This document shows, piece after piece, positions 1-13,000 of a stretch of DNA of 64,000 nucleotides. The notes below the pieces were generated by a model. It saw nothing but the letters and a program-made list of their open reading frames with translations. It made no database searches and was not told where the DNA came from. Made by a program: the position numbers and the translations under genes. The stretch lies in NCBI GenBank assembly GCA_026023565.1, contig JAPETS010000041.1, positions 124,001 to 188,000 on the forward strand. The letters run 5' to 3'. How positions within the stretch are numbered: position 1 is the first letter of the stretch; every line of letters starts with the position of its first letter. Source of the stretch: Cirrosporium novae-zelandiae. Lineage: Eukaryota.

Positions 1-306
1 AACGGGACCTAAAATATACATTAGTTGTTTCGTTGTCACATGGAGTAGATTACACCAACCTGGCCCACTTCCTACACCTGTATTATCTCCAGTATTTATA
101 CCAACCCCACCAATGCCTGCCGCCACTACAGGTGGGGATATGGAAAAGGACCCGTGTGTATGCGACAGTCCGCTCGGCGAGCCAAGTGGAAGGGGAGGAG
201 GGCCCATAAGCTGCGAAGGTCGCCGAGATGATGCGGTTGAGTTAGAATGAGATGGAGGAGCTCTAGGGTGGGGAGAAGGAGGAACCGAGTTAAGATCCGG
301 AGCCAT
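1..306 (-). CDS. 5' part of a conserved Pezizomycotina Pro/Ser-rich hypothetical protein (runs off the window)
   Basis: ATG at 306 gives MAPDLNSVPPSPHP...GDNTGVGSGP, then a short GTTGGT...CTAAT...TTAG intron and GPV; open frame, not in the ORF track. Confidence 0.75.
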   Translation of the reverse strand, partial: MAPDLNSVPPSPHPRAPPSHSNSTASSRRPSQLMGPPPLPLGSPSGLSHTHGSFSISPPVVAAGIGGVGINTGDNTGVGSGPGWCNLLHVTTKQLMYILGPV

Positions 307-1099
307 GATGTGTGCCTGTCAATTGCTGAAAGTTGCGATAATCTATAATCCGACTGTGGATGGTTGTAATAGAAAAGTAGTTGACATCAAACTCGACCAT
401 GGAGCTGACGAAGAACTTGACGTCAAAGCTCGAGCATTATTGGATGCGATACGGTTTGTTGCGAAAACAAGACTTTTTACAAATTGAGTGAATTCCTAGC
501 ACTGACTTGAGAGTGCTGAGGGACCTATGCGTTCAGAGATTCGAAGAGTCTGGCTGTCTCTCCGAACCACCGTCTCTAATCTTATGCACATATTTGCCAA
601 CAGGGAAGTTGTGCCTGTCAATCAATATAATTTCGGCTCTTTCACTTCCCGGACGCCTACTTTTACCCTTACAGCTATTATAGAAATAGAGCACTCTATT
701 GGATATATCCTTTTAGTTATGTAGATAGGAAATTGATCACCAACTAGGCGTACTCCAGAAGCCTCCTGGTAGGATAAATTGAAATTAGAAAATAATTTTC
801 GTCGAAATCGATTTTTACATATAGTAATTAGAACTTCAGTATTTGTAGTTTCAACTATTTTGCTCCCCTGTCTGGGGAGTGCAGGTTTCATTCTTTTATG
901 AGGACACATCTATCTAGGTGCTGACCACATTCAACTTTCTTCCAGTAGCTAAGTAGTTAAATTCTACAACATCACCATGAATAATGAATAGCAAAGAAAG
1001 ACTAAAACAATTTACACCGATCTTCATTTTTTCTCCGTTAGAAGTTCGAAGACATTCATAATCCTTGAACTCCTATCTGATCCATGGTTTAGGGCATAA

Positions 1100-2015
1100 C
1101 TAAGCAACGGGAGCGCCTCCTGATATAACAATGGATTCGCCTGGAGACCAATAATGAGTTATCGAGGAACTTGACAAGGAACGGTCGGAGGACTTACCAT
1201 TGACCCAGGTGCCATCAGGTCCGACGAGGAAAGCAACAACTCGAGCAATATCATCTGGCATGCCAATTTTGTTTAGAGGGCTAGATGCCGCAAGAGCCTC
1301 CTCTACTTGTTCATCGTTCATATTGTCCCCTCTAGGCATGTAAAACCTAGCCACCTCGGCGGCCATATCAGTTTTAACACCCCCAGGGCAAACCGCATTA
1401 ACTGTTATTTTCTTATCTCCAAAATCTGATCAAGTTGTTAGTTATTTTAAAACAGTTGATTCATACCACAATCAGGACGCATTACTTACCACAAGCAAAA
1501 CATCTAGCGAAAGCTTGCACCGCGTTCTTACTGGCTGCATAAAGAGCATGGTGTTTAACTGCCTTAGCTTGAGCACTGATACTGCTGAAGAGCACGAGTT
1601 TCCCTCCAACACTCAAGTGCTTATAAGCCTGTTGTCCAACAAAGAATTGGCCTCGAGTATTGATATTGAATACACGATCGAAGTCTTCCGGTTTTATATC
1701 TAGGACATTGCCAAAGTGCTCAATACCACTGTTGCTCACAACAATATCAAGATGGTCGTAACTCTTCATAGCCTCATCAAACATGGCAACTATTTGTTCA
1801 GGTTTGGAGACATCAGCCTTGATAGCAATGGCTTTGCGATTCAAAGCTTTAATTTCTTGGACCACAGTCTCAGCCCGGGTAGCAGAAGAATTGTAATTGA
1901 TAACCAAATCGGCACCACGCGAGGCTAACTCGAGTGCGACCTCACGACCCATGCCCCTGGTGCTGCCAGTGACCAAAGCCACTTTTCCGGAGAGAGGTTG
2001 TGCAGAAGCTGGCAT
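1100..2015 (-). CDS. Short-chain dehydrogenase/reductase, tri/tetrahydroxynaphthalene reductase / Ver-1-like; 3 exons
   Basis: MPASAQPLSGKVALVTGSTRGMG (TGxxxGxG), VSNSG, INTRGQFF, YAASK (YxxxK), DKKITVNAVCPGGVKTDM; introns 1426-1489 and 1141-1197. Confidence 0.9.
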
Positions 2016-2121
2016 ATTAATGAAAAAAATAGCTTGTAGAATGAATGAAGACAATGTTCCAAATGGAAGATAATAAAGCCTCCTTAAGATTGATAGTAGG
2101 TGAAGGATGAAAGACTTCGGC

Positions 2122-2130
2122 CTATATATA
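2122..2130 (-). promoter_or_regulatory. TATA-like element upstream of the SDR gene
   Basis: TATATATAG on the minus strand ~110 bp upstream of the ATG at 2015. Confidence 0.4.
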
Positions 2131-2927
2131 CTTATCATCTGGCTTAACTCGGTCATTTAAGTTGTTCGTGATCCATCCGCAAGACAGTTTCTATGTCGCC
2201 ATTACATCTAAGGATACGCCGCATATGCATCTTGACAAGAGCTAGGAAAGGGTTCGGATGAGAGATTTAGCTCTACATCCGAATCAGTTGTGGGTTACAG
2301 TTGGCTCTCGGGGTCTTTCACGCGAATAAGAGTTAAGTACATTATTTCACAAGGTGGTAATCATCAATATCTTGTGTTGTTTAGAAGTCTCAAAAGTTTG
2401 AAGGCGTCATAATTTTTTAAGAAGACAATGAATTGATTAGCTGGTGTTATGTGTACCTGCTTCTGGTTGGTCAATATCCCAAAACGTGCCGGGCTTTGGA
2501 AGGAGCCGAGGGAGCGAGACCGCGACCCGATGAAAGGCGAATGATGCAGACTGTTGTATCCCGAACATAGTACTTCTAAAGTAACATACTAGATAAGGCT
2601 CTAATTATCTACTTAGACTAGATGTTTCCAGAAAGAGTAAATGCAGAAATGCAGAATCTAGCTGTTTGCCCAGTCACAATTAAAACACTTTCTTCTATCC
2701 TTCACTACACTAGATAATGGTGTTCCGCATCATGAAGAGATGCGGATCGAGGACAACGAACGATCCTGGGCATAGATTCCCATATGCTGGTCTTCATACT
2801 AATCCGTTCTCATGCTGGAATGAATTCAATTCCCCTTTCTTGCGTAACGCCGAATGAACATATGCACATCAAGTAAGATCAAGGTTTCCTATTCAAGCCT
2901 AATTCCAAGAAAAAAATTGCGATAGCT

Positions 2928-5900
2928 TTAATGGCTTTCGCCGTTTGGTGCCTGGCCTCCATTTGCAGCTGCCAGGACATGGGCTTCGGCTTCGTGAATA
3001 ACCCCCTGTATTATTTGTTGCTCATCCGGATTCAATATTTTCATCAGATTTTCGTACAAAGGCGTTTGCTCTTGTTGCAGTTCTATTGTAATTGTTAGCC
3101 CTCTGCTTTGCATAGACAAAAAGGCGTCACATACTCATTAATGTGCCCCTAAACATTCCATACGGTTCAACCTTGTCTAATGGAGATTCAAGCATACTTT
3201 CTTCGTCCAGGTCCTCATCATCGTCTTCATCGTTGGCAGGATTGAATTTTTGAGCCTAAGAGCAATGTAAACTTTAGAACGATACGAGTACTAGAGCGCA
3301 AGGATCTTACCTCTTCGGTTAGGAATTCAAGATATGCAGAGCCCTCGTCTTTGACATCTGCATCAGCTGAATCTTCGTTGGTCCATTCAGCTTCATTACC
3401 CCATTCTTGCTCCTCGTCATCGCCATCATCATAATCATCCCCTAGAGGATATTCGGTAGGTTTCGAAGCTTCTTCCCGCCCTGATATTAAGTTAGATGCG
3501 CACTAGTTGATTAAACTGGAGGAGTTACTAACGTTTTAATGCGGCTGGCAATGTTTGGAATAATCGCACAATGCCCTGTAATAGGCGTGGCCAGCCTTGT
3601 TGCACGCTTACAGGTATGTCTTGCGCGTTGAGTGTTAGAAGAGAATTGATTGCTGCAATTGACAGCTTCTTGTCGTGAACCCTTGTGAAATTGTCAATAT
3701 TGGAGAACCAAGCACTGAAAAACTTGTTGGTCCAACCCTTCTGCTCTAGGACATGGAGAGCCAGGATTGGGTTGTAATAAATAGAGTTGATGACCATCTC
3801 CATTAGATGAATACGGTAGGATTTTACTTTCGTCGTGCCATCATTAAGAACATTCATAGCAAGGGTGATAAAAGTAGGGATGTATTGATCGGCACGTCCT
3901 CGTAAATTCAGCATAACGGCCTCGGCGAGCTTGCAACCGCATATCCGGTCAACACCACCGACTTTTTGATCGAGGAAGATATCTTCAACCATGGACACGA
4001 CAGCAGCAAGGTAGGCAGGATTTTGAATCAGCATATCTGTTCCATAGGCCACATAATTTTCAAGGGCTGGAAGCATATCTAAAAAAAAGTCAGTATTGGG
4101 TTGTACAAGGACTTGAATTTGTGGAGGATCCTTCAGGGGTTGAGGACTAGCGAGCTCTACTCACCTTCTAGGTATAGTTCTGCACCAGCCTTGAACGTCC
4201 TATGGATCAACTCGAATGCTTGCCACATAGTTGGGGAGATAGCCTTTGCAGCGAAAGTACAACTATCAATTATTTCAAAAACCTCATTGAAGAGATCTTC
4301 CATATCAGTTAATATTTAATTGGCAAAGAAGGGGTTAAAATCTTACCGTAAAGTTTGCTATCGAGTGTTATTTGGATGACCGGCATTAAGATGGTCTCAA
4401 GGTGTAATAGAACATCCGGAGTGCTCTCCAATGTTAGAATGAGCGTCCCTATAGTCTGAAGAACGCCCAAAGCCGTGATGCTCTTGTCATCCAGATAGTC
4501 TCCAAAGCCTTCATCTTCATCTTTGCTATTGTTCCTCTCGATTAATTCCCGTACAATGCGAAGATAAGTATCTCGCAATTGTTGACTCAGGGCAACAGCA
4601 AAAGGGGTCAGCTCGGTCGCAAACACCTCAACAAAATCTTCCATTACATTGGCGAGAGCATCCACGTCGACTTCATTAGCAAGCTTGAGAAGCTGTTGCA
4701 TGATCTGTGGTATATTTTGTCTCATGGAAGTACGGATAATATCGTGACGGATCAGTGGTTGTAGTGCTAAAGAAGCCTCCACTCGCACGGGCAGCGCAGG
4801 ATCAGCCATAGACTCCAAAATATTTTGATAAATTATGAGAAGATTATTGCTGTCCTTGAAATCAAGTTGTTCAAACTTTTCTAGAGTATCACAGGCCCGA
4901 GCCCTGAGAAATCCATATGGAGACCTAAACTCAGGGAAGACATGCCGAACAAAGAAATACTCGACTTGATCGGCAATAGGACTCTTTTTGCCTAGAATGA
5001 CACTCGAGAGTGATCCGATCATCCTCAATGCACCTTCTTTCTCTCGAGGCATTTTTTGCTCATCTGGAGCTGATTCATACTTTGTGACAACAGAATTTAC
5101 GAAAGACAGGATGCCGAACGTTTGTTTCTTGCGGCTCTTGGTCAATGCCATTAGGAAGTTTGTGGCTGCCACATCAGGTGCCGAAACCTCTTCATATAGG
5201 TTTAATTTTCGATGTAAGTACTCGGGGGGATCCTCATCGAAAAGTTCAAGATCTTCGTCTGACTGACACAATACCGGGAATAGGAGATGAGAAATAAGGC
5301 CGTCTATGTGAGGTTTAAGATGGTCCCACATATACTTTGGTTTCACACATTCCTCTAGAAACACTAAGGTGTATGATAGACAGGGTTTGCTCAGCCAAGT
5401 CGTTTTTTGGACCCATTTGTCAACTTGCTGGAGATATGTTTTCAGAATTTCGGGAGCAAAGTTGGTGATGAATGTCTTGGAGAATTCCACGTAGTCTCCA
5501 CCATTACCTTTAGACAATGTACCGGGATTTCCATATCTAACATTCAGTGAGCAAGTAGATTCCTAAGCAATTTTTTAAAAGTGTTTCGGTACCTGATGTA
5601 TAATCGATTCAAGTTTGCATATGCCCATTTCTTTGCTTTCCACCAGTGGTTTATTTCCCGTTCATCAAGGTCCTCGGGCAAGGAGCATGGCGGCGGATCT
5701 TTCGATACAATACGTAAAAATAGTGTACACCAGTCAACAGCTGCTTGCTGGTTCGTGAGGCACCTTGGAAGGTCATACTATAACTTGTAGTTAGAGAATG
5801 AGTCAATTAAGTAGGCCAAGAGCAATCCACTAACATAAATTGTATGTTTGTAGATTTTCATGACAACATGCAGCATCTCCCCTGCCTCCACACTTGAATC

Positions 5901-6585
5901 CTGTACTAATCTATTCCCAATGTTGAGAAGTTGGGGAAAGCAAGCCTGGACAATATTTTCGAAATCCACCCTATTTTCAGGCGATTTGTATCTGTATACC
6001 CGGCATATCGAAAGGAGACATTGCAGGCCAGCAAACACAGAATTGACATCATTGGCAGCCAATAGCTGAACTGTAATGTCCATAAAGGTTGGCCATCTCT
6101 CGGGGAAGTCATGTTCTAGTATTCGTTCTAGCACAGGAAGCAGCTGCATACGTATTTGTGGTTGCGACGAAGCAAGTACAGGTAAGATGCGGTCTCGAAA
6201 AGATGTCTTTTCACCTTCTGGGATTGGCTTGTGCATAGAAAATTCCTCGCCGGGAGACCATCCTCTAGTAACTCGGTTTTTTAGGTATACAGCCGCTAAG
6301 TGAATCCAATCAGTCCCAACTGCATATATTATTCTCTTGTGGTATAAGAACGTACTTGACAGACGTACGCCGCCATCCTGTTCAGCCTGAAGGATATTGA
6401 GAAGCGCATCAGGAAACCCAGGCTTATCTTCTGCCTATGTTAGAAATGTAGTCAGTACTCAACTTGGACAACTTCAAGGACCACCATAATCTTACAAATT
6501 TCAAGTCAAGCTCGGCTTGACGTCGAATATCAGCACTAGGGTCGAGGGTTTTGGCAATGCGATCACGTAGAATTCCGACATCCAT
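2928..6585 (-). CDS. NMD5: Importin-beta family karyopherin (Nmd5/Sxm1, importin-7/8-like); multi-exon
   Basis: MDVGILRDRIAKTLDPSADIRRQAELDLK, AVYLKNRV (IBN_N), DFPERWP, WWKAKKWAYANLNRL, acidic C-terminus; ORF pieces joined by GT-AG introns. Confidence 0.9.
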
Positions 6586-7790
6586 GACGGGCAGGCGGTT
6601 TTCATGCGCTAGAGTTGAAGGGGGATTTCAAAAGTCAGGTACAGAATAGAGAACTGCATGAAGGCGAGGCCTAAATATCCCTTTCCCTGTGAATATCCAG
6701 GGGAGAGGCCAACAAAGGAGTAGAGGACAGAAAATAGTTATGTGGATTGCCTCGAAATAAATATAATCGGATTTGCTTCGGCTAACACCTGGAAAGGTAC
6801 AGAGGGGCCGTCACTTCAACATGCTTTGTGTGCGCGTTAGCGTGGATCCAGAAACCCCCGGGATTTTTATTCTTCACCCAATGCATTGACCGACTTCAGT
6901 CTTATCTACGACTCCCTCCTTCGAATTTATTTAAAGGCTTTTTATGATGGCTATGTTTTACTGTGCTATTTCTAAAAAAGTGTGACTGAACGCCTTATTG
7001 AATTAAAATAGGCTTGTTTGAATGGTATCGAAAAACCTTGTAATTTTTTTTCCCTTCACTAAAACTTTAATAATTCAGAAAAGAAGCAATACCACGAATA
7101 CCTTCTAGGAATCGGGCGCCGGAGGGGTTCAGGTGGAAATCTTACCGTGTACCGTGTACAACCTGCCATTACTAGTTTGAACCGACACCCCTGCTTACCA
7201 TTACTTTCAGCCCAACACACCAACTATCTTAGGTTCAAATACATATCGATAATCGATATCAACACATTCTCCCAACTAAATGCTGGGGAAATCAAACTAA
7301 AGCAGAGTAGGGCTGTTAGTCGCGACCAATTCCTATTTAAATCATTAAGCCATACTATAATATCAGATTCCATCACTAACTACGCCGTCTGGATGGATTT
7401 TGATCCTGGTGTTGAAGATCACTTGGCAAAATAAAGGCCCAAACTAGGATTTCTCGTAGACTTTGATTTGTCAAGAGATAAATATGAATGCTATTCAATC
7501 CAATAATTAAGTCCTTGGTGATGAATAAGACCTACCTTCATCTTGCATTTTTAATAGTTGGATTGTTAACTATACCTACAACAACGATCTAACCAATGGT
7601 AAACGAAACCAATTTATTCCTTTGGATAGAAAGAAATGAGAGCAACCCGCACTTCACATTGTACTTTGGAGAGGCTTTGAAACAAATCAGCTTATAATTT
7701 AAATTAATTTTGAATAAGAACCGATAATTGTTTTTCGGACCTTGGGGAGGTCTTTAAGCAAAACCGAGCTTTGATTTAAGTTTGAATATA

Positions 7791-9581
7791 TCACCATCGA
7801 TGAAATATAGCAACCATACCCCAATCGCCAACCACAACCATCCACTTTCCATCAACACTCCATCCCACTTGCCTAGCCATAAATGCTACATTTGGCACTA
7901 CGATAGAGACATGGGCTGGAATTAACGAAAACGCATCTGTTACCATTCCTTTTTTGCCTGTAATCATATTCCCAACAATTCCGTCTTTCTTCGCTCTTGA
8001 TTCTTCACCATACCCCATAGCAGACCCAGAAGCAATACTCCCTGAGGTTGATGAAGCAACACTGGTTTCTCTACCAATTGCCAATTTGCCTTGTGGGTTT
8101 TTTGATCGCATCCATGGCATAACTCCATCCTCAGGCTCTATTAACCGACAAAGGTCCCACATTAAGATTTTGCTACCATCAGTGCCGAAAGCAAGTACGG
8201 GGTGCAGGCCCGGTTGCCTGAGAAGAGAAAATCGCATGTAAAATGATCCTGAATTAGGTGTCTCGAATTGGAGGAGGATCTCATAGCCTGGAATTGTATT
8301 GCCAGAGGTTTGGGGAATGAACGCCGAACGTGTCTCAAGGAACTGATGTGCTGTAGAAGTCTGCTGGGCATCAGGCGGTGATTTAGGTGGGAAAGATGTG
8401 ATGCGCCATAGTTTGATAACATGCTCTTCTGCACAACGAGAGAGAACCAGGTCACCATGGAACTGAACACAGTCCACATAATTGGAATGGACAGCCGTAG
8501 TAGAGAAATGGGGGTAATGGATAACTGGTAGCTCATCATTGATAACAGCCGGTGGAGAGAATTCAGGAAGCGTCCATAAGCAGACTGCACTATCAAGTCC
8601 TCCTGAGAGAAGGTACCTTCCGTTATCATGGATTCCAACAGCGAGTACTCCCTCTTTGTGACCTTCGCCTGCACACATCAATATGCAGGGATTTGAGGAA
8701 TGCTTTGGATCTAAGCTCCATACTCGAATCGTATGATCCATGGAGCTAGAAATGAGAATTGATGGGCTCAGGGGAGAAATTATAAGATCGTTAATATCCT
8801 ATTGTAAAATAAAGTTAGCTTTTCTAAGACACGAGATCTCTCCTTGTAGAATCTTACACCACCATGACCTGTCAAAATCTATTTCATTATCAGTAATTGA
8901 AAAGTACCTAGGATGAGATCCTCGAGGTTACATACGTTGACCATTTCACCGCTTTTGACGTTCAAAACTTTGATTTTGGCACTGGCATTTGGAATACCCG
9001 TACCAGTGATGCAAAGCAACGGATCTCCTGTTTCCATATCCCTACTCCATACACAGGAATTAAGTACATTATCCTATTACTCAAGTGTCAGTCGACTTGA
9101 ACAGTGACGTAGAAGGAGATACTGTTAGTAAAATACTTGCCTCGTCATCATGCCACCACCGAAGAATTTCGACTTTATTCGTTGGGTCATCTGAAGGACG
9201 GTATACTATCGTCTGTAAAGGTCAGAAAAGTGCACGCTCTTCGTATCAATGAGAGGGTAGGAGTAGGACAATGATAAGGCGAGAACAAATCGGTAAATTG
9301 GTGTACTTACATCATGTCCTGCCACAACAGCAAAAACAGTATTCTTGGAGGAGTCATCATAGGGGTAAAATTTGACATCAAAGACTGGGGCTAGAAAATA
9401 TTTATAAGCAAGATAAACAATTGAAATAACTATTAGAAATTTACTCCGTTCATTCGAGTTTTTAGGCTATGATAGTGGACATATATATTAGTACAACTAG
9501 ACCTTAAACAAAACTAGAGAGACTGACCCCAAGACGAAGAGTCGACTTTAGACGTGGTAATTCCCATTCCGGGGCTGGCAT
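7791..9581 (-). CDS. EED: WD40 Polycomb PRC2 subunit EED/ESC; multi-exon with micro-exons and one GC-AG intron
   Basis: FDVKFYPY, LTGHGGDINDL, SSSMDHTIRVWSL, GEGHKEGVL, IHYPHFSTTAVHSNYVDCVQFHGDLVLSR, FYMRF are typical of fungal EED. Confidence 0.88.
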
Positions 9582-10065
9582 TATGAAGGTATTATAAAGG
9601 AGCAAAGCTAAATTGGGGGGTTGCTATGGAATTCATTTATTATTGATGGTAATTGGGAAAGTGAATGAGAGCCTTGCTGCCTTAAGTAAACAGGTATAAA
9701 TTTCGAATAATGAACTTAAGAAAGGTAATAAAATCCAGTTCAGGTAATCATCAGTTGAGGGTCATAGGCAACGGAATTAGTAGTAGTACAGGTGTTTTCG
9801 GTTTACCATTAGTTAATTAATTATGTGCTTGAGGGATATTTGGTTTAAGAATTGCCCATTCATATCCTTCGGCAAAAATTAGAGAATAATAATTGAGCTA
9901 AAGCCAGAGGAAATTGTTCGTAACTGCCATTTGATGTAGTTGTCAAGGTCAAGTTTTAGAACACATGGTGGTGTTTCTAAGTCCAGCTACCAAGTTTATT
10001 GTCCCACCACTTCTTCATTAAACACAAATACCCATAGCAAAATTTTCTACTAGTTTGAGGCCAAA

Positions 10066-13000
10066 ATGTCGACAGACCTTCTGCAAATACTGCAGAGAGT
10101 CCAATTGCAGGATAATGACAATGCAGCACCAGAAGAAAATTGGGTCGATCCAATATTGGACCAGCAGAGGCCGTGCAAACGACCCCGCCCATCTCTCAAA
10201 AGTCAAAAGAAAGAGCTCGAAAACGAGTTTCTAAGCCCTTCCACCACCTTCAGCTCAGAATGGCTAAACAAGCTTCAGCAGTCAGTCCTGAGAACTAATA
10301 TTATGTTATATGAGCTGACACTCTTGTAGACGATGGGATGTCCCAACCAACTATGCAAACCTCTTCGCTCTCGCTCCAACCCAGACAAGAACCATCACCC
10401 GATTTACTCGCGAAGGGCTTGAGGGAAGGGTTTCGGGCTACAAGGAGGTTACGGTACCGGCAAATAGCGCTAATGCAAAAAATTCCACGTCTTTATTGAG
10501 AAAACCTGCAAATCGTGCAGACTTCGTGAGAGGCGCTGCAGGTTTCTTCCCATTTGCTCCAGGTGGGTTGGATGGTGTGGAAGCAATTGCGGCTCTAGAA
10601 GATGAAGCCCTAGCAAAAGATCAAAATATTACGTTGTCTAAGAAAAATGGCCTGGACCGAGTGTTTAGCTTTGGGGGAGGCCAAGTCCTCCTAGAAATTC
10701 CACCAGGATTCTCTAGAGGCATGAATATCGAGAATTCAAAGACTGTGGTAGATACAAATGAAGCTAAACAAGTCGAACAGACCCTTGAGGAAGAGGATAA
10801 AGAAGAGGGTGACGGCGATATTTATACTCCTAATGGAAGTGCTGAGCTAGACCTTCATGAACCCGGGACAAATGAAACATCAGAGGAGGATAATGAAGAT
10901 GAAGAAGACGATATCGATTCTTTGTTACCAGTGGAATTTCCAGCTCTAGCACCAAGGGGTCATCTTGCAGCATCTTCGACCAGGAAAGGTGGCAAAGAAT
11001 GGGCTCATGTTGTCAATATTAACAAAAACATTACAAATTTCCACGAACTTGTTCCGGAAATGGCTCGCGAATGGCCGTTTGAGCTGGATACATTTCAGAA
11101 GGAGGCCATTTATCACCTTGAAAATGGAGACTCGGTCTTTGTGGCTGCTCACACATCTGCTGGAAAAACGGTGGTCGCAGAGTATGCTATCGCACTTGCT
11201 GCTAAGCACATGACTAAGGCAATATATACTTCCCCTATTAAAGCTCTTAGCAATCAGAAGTTTCGTGACTTCAGACAAACTTTTGATGAGGTCGGTATTC
11301 TGACAGGTGACGTACAAATATCCCCGGAGGCTAGTTGCCTTATCATGACGACCGAGATTTTACGAAGTATGCTCTACAGAGGTGCAGATCTCATTCGAGA
11401 TGTTGAATTTGTTATTTTTGACGAAGTTCACTATGTCAATGATCTCGAACGTGGAGTAGTCTGGGAAGAAGTTATTATCATGCTCCCAGAACATGTTACT
11501 TTGATTCTTCTTTCTGCCACTGTCCCAAACACTTATGAGTTTGCTTCTTGGGTTGGTAGAACCAAGAAGAAAAACATCTACGTTATTTCTACTCGCAAAA
11601 GGCCGGTTCCATTGGAACATTATTTGTGGGCCAATAAGAAAATGTGTAAGATTGTTGACCCGGGGAAAAGATTCCTAGATAGGGGATGGAAAGAGGCGGA
11701 TGATATCTTATCAGGACGAGATAAGGTGAAAGCTGTTTCTACTAACGATGCACAGCAAAACAATAGAGGTGGTGGCTTACGAGGAGGAGGTGCGCAAAGA
11801 GGTGGTCGTGGTCAAGTACAGCGAGGTGGAGGACAACGAGGCGGGCCGCAAAATCGTGGTCGTGGTCAAACACATCGGGGACTTGGCAACATTGCTAGGA
11901 CTGGTAGAGGTGGTGGACGAACAACAGCCGCCCAGGATAGGAATGTATGGGTTCACCTCGTCCAGCATCTACGAAAAGATAGTTTGTTACCCGCCTGCAT
12001 ATTTGTTTTCTCGAAGAGGAGATGTGAAGAAAACGCAGATTCACTCTCTAATCAGGACTTTTGCAACGCCTCAGAGAAAAGTGCGATCCACATCGTAGTG
12101 GAGAAATCGATTGCTCGTTTGAGGATGGAAGACCGTGACTTGCCTCAGATTCGCAGGATTCGTGAGCTGCTCAGCAGGGGTATTGCGGTCCACCATGGAG
12201 GCCTTTTGCCGATTGTAAAAGAATTGGTTGAAATTCTATTCGCAAAGACGCTTGTCAAAGTTCTATTTGCGACTGAGACTTTTGCCATGGGCTTAAATTT
12301 ACCTACTAGGACAGTTGTTTTCTCCGGATATCGAAAGCATGACGGCCATTCTTTTAGAAATCTGCTCCCAGGAGAGTATACGCAAATGTCAGGAAGGGCT
12401 GGAAGACGAGGACTGGATCCTGTGGGTACTGTCATAATCGTTACTTCTGGAAAAGACGAAGCACCACCAGCAGGAGAGTTGAGACAAATGATCCTAGGTG
12501 ATCCAACAAAACTACGGTCACAATTTAGGCTTACCTATAACATGATTCTCAACCTTCTTCGAGTGGAGGCTCTGAAAATTGAAGAGATGATCAAACGCAG
12601 CTTCAGTGAAAATGCCACCCAAGCCCTATTACCTGAGCACGAGAAACAAGTCGAACTTTCTGAGGCTAATTTGGCAAATATAAAGAGAGAGCCCTGTGAG
12701 ATATGCGACAAGGACCTCGAGATCTGTCATCAGGCTTCAATGGATTTCCAAGCACTAACAGAAGAAATGCACCTCCTACTGTCATCCTCCCCTGTCGGTC
12801 GTAGATTGTTTAGCCTGAAGCGACTTGTGGTCTTCCACAAGGTAAGGAGCTGTTCTGAGTATATTGTCAACATTAAGCGCTCGATACTGACTTTGCATGT
12901 AGGATGGGATGAGAAGCGTAGGTATTATAACTAGAGAAGGTGTTTCTAAGGGACGTTCTGGCAGCCACGTCCAAATATTTGAGGCGGGTTCATTGATCAC

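Noticed and set aside
622..909. AT/TpA-rich ORF as a transposon relic (similar AT-rich patches at ~16640-17050 and ~31300-31680)
   Set aside because: No transposase or RT motifs, terminal repeats or target-site duplications seen
7100..7440. Splice-like signals on the minus strand and a 95-aa plus-strand ORF between NMD5 and EED
   Set aside because: No consistent reading frame or recognisable product
11760..11925. RGG-rich low-complexity insert in Ski2
   Set aside because: A normal feature of Ski2 orthologues
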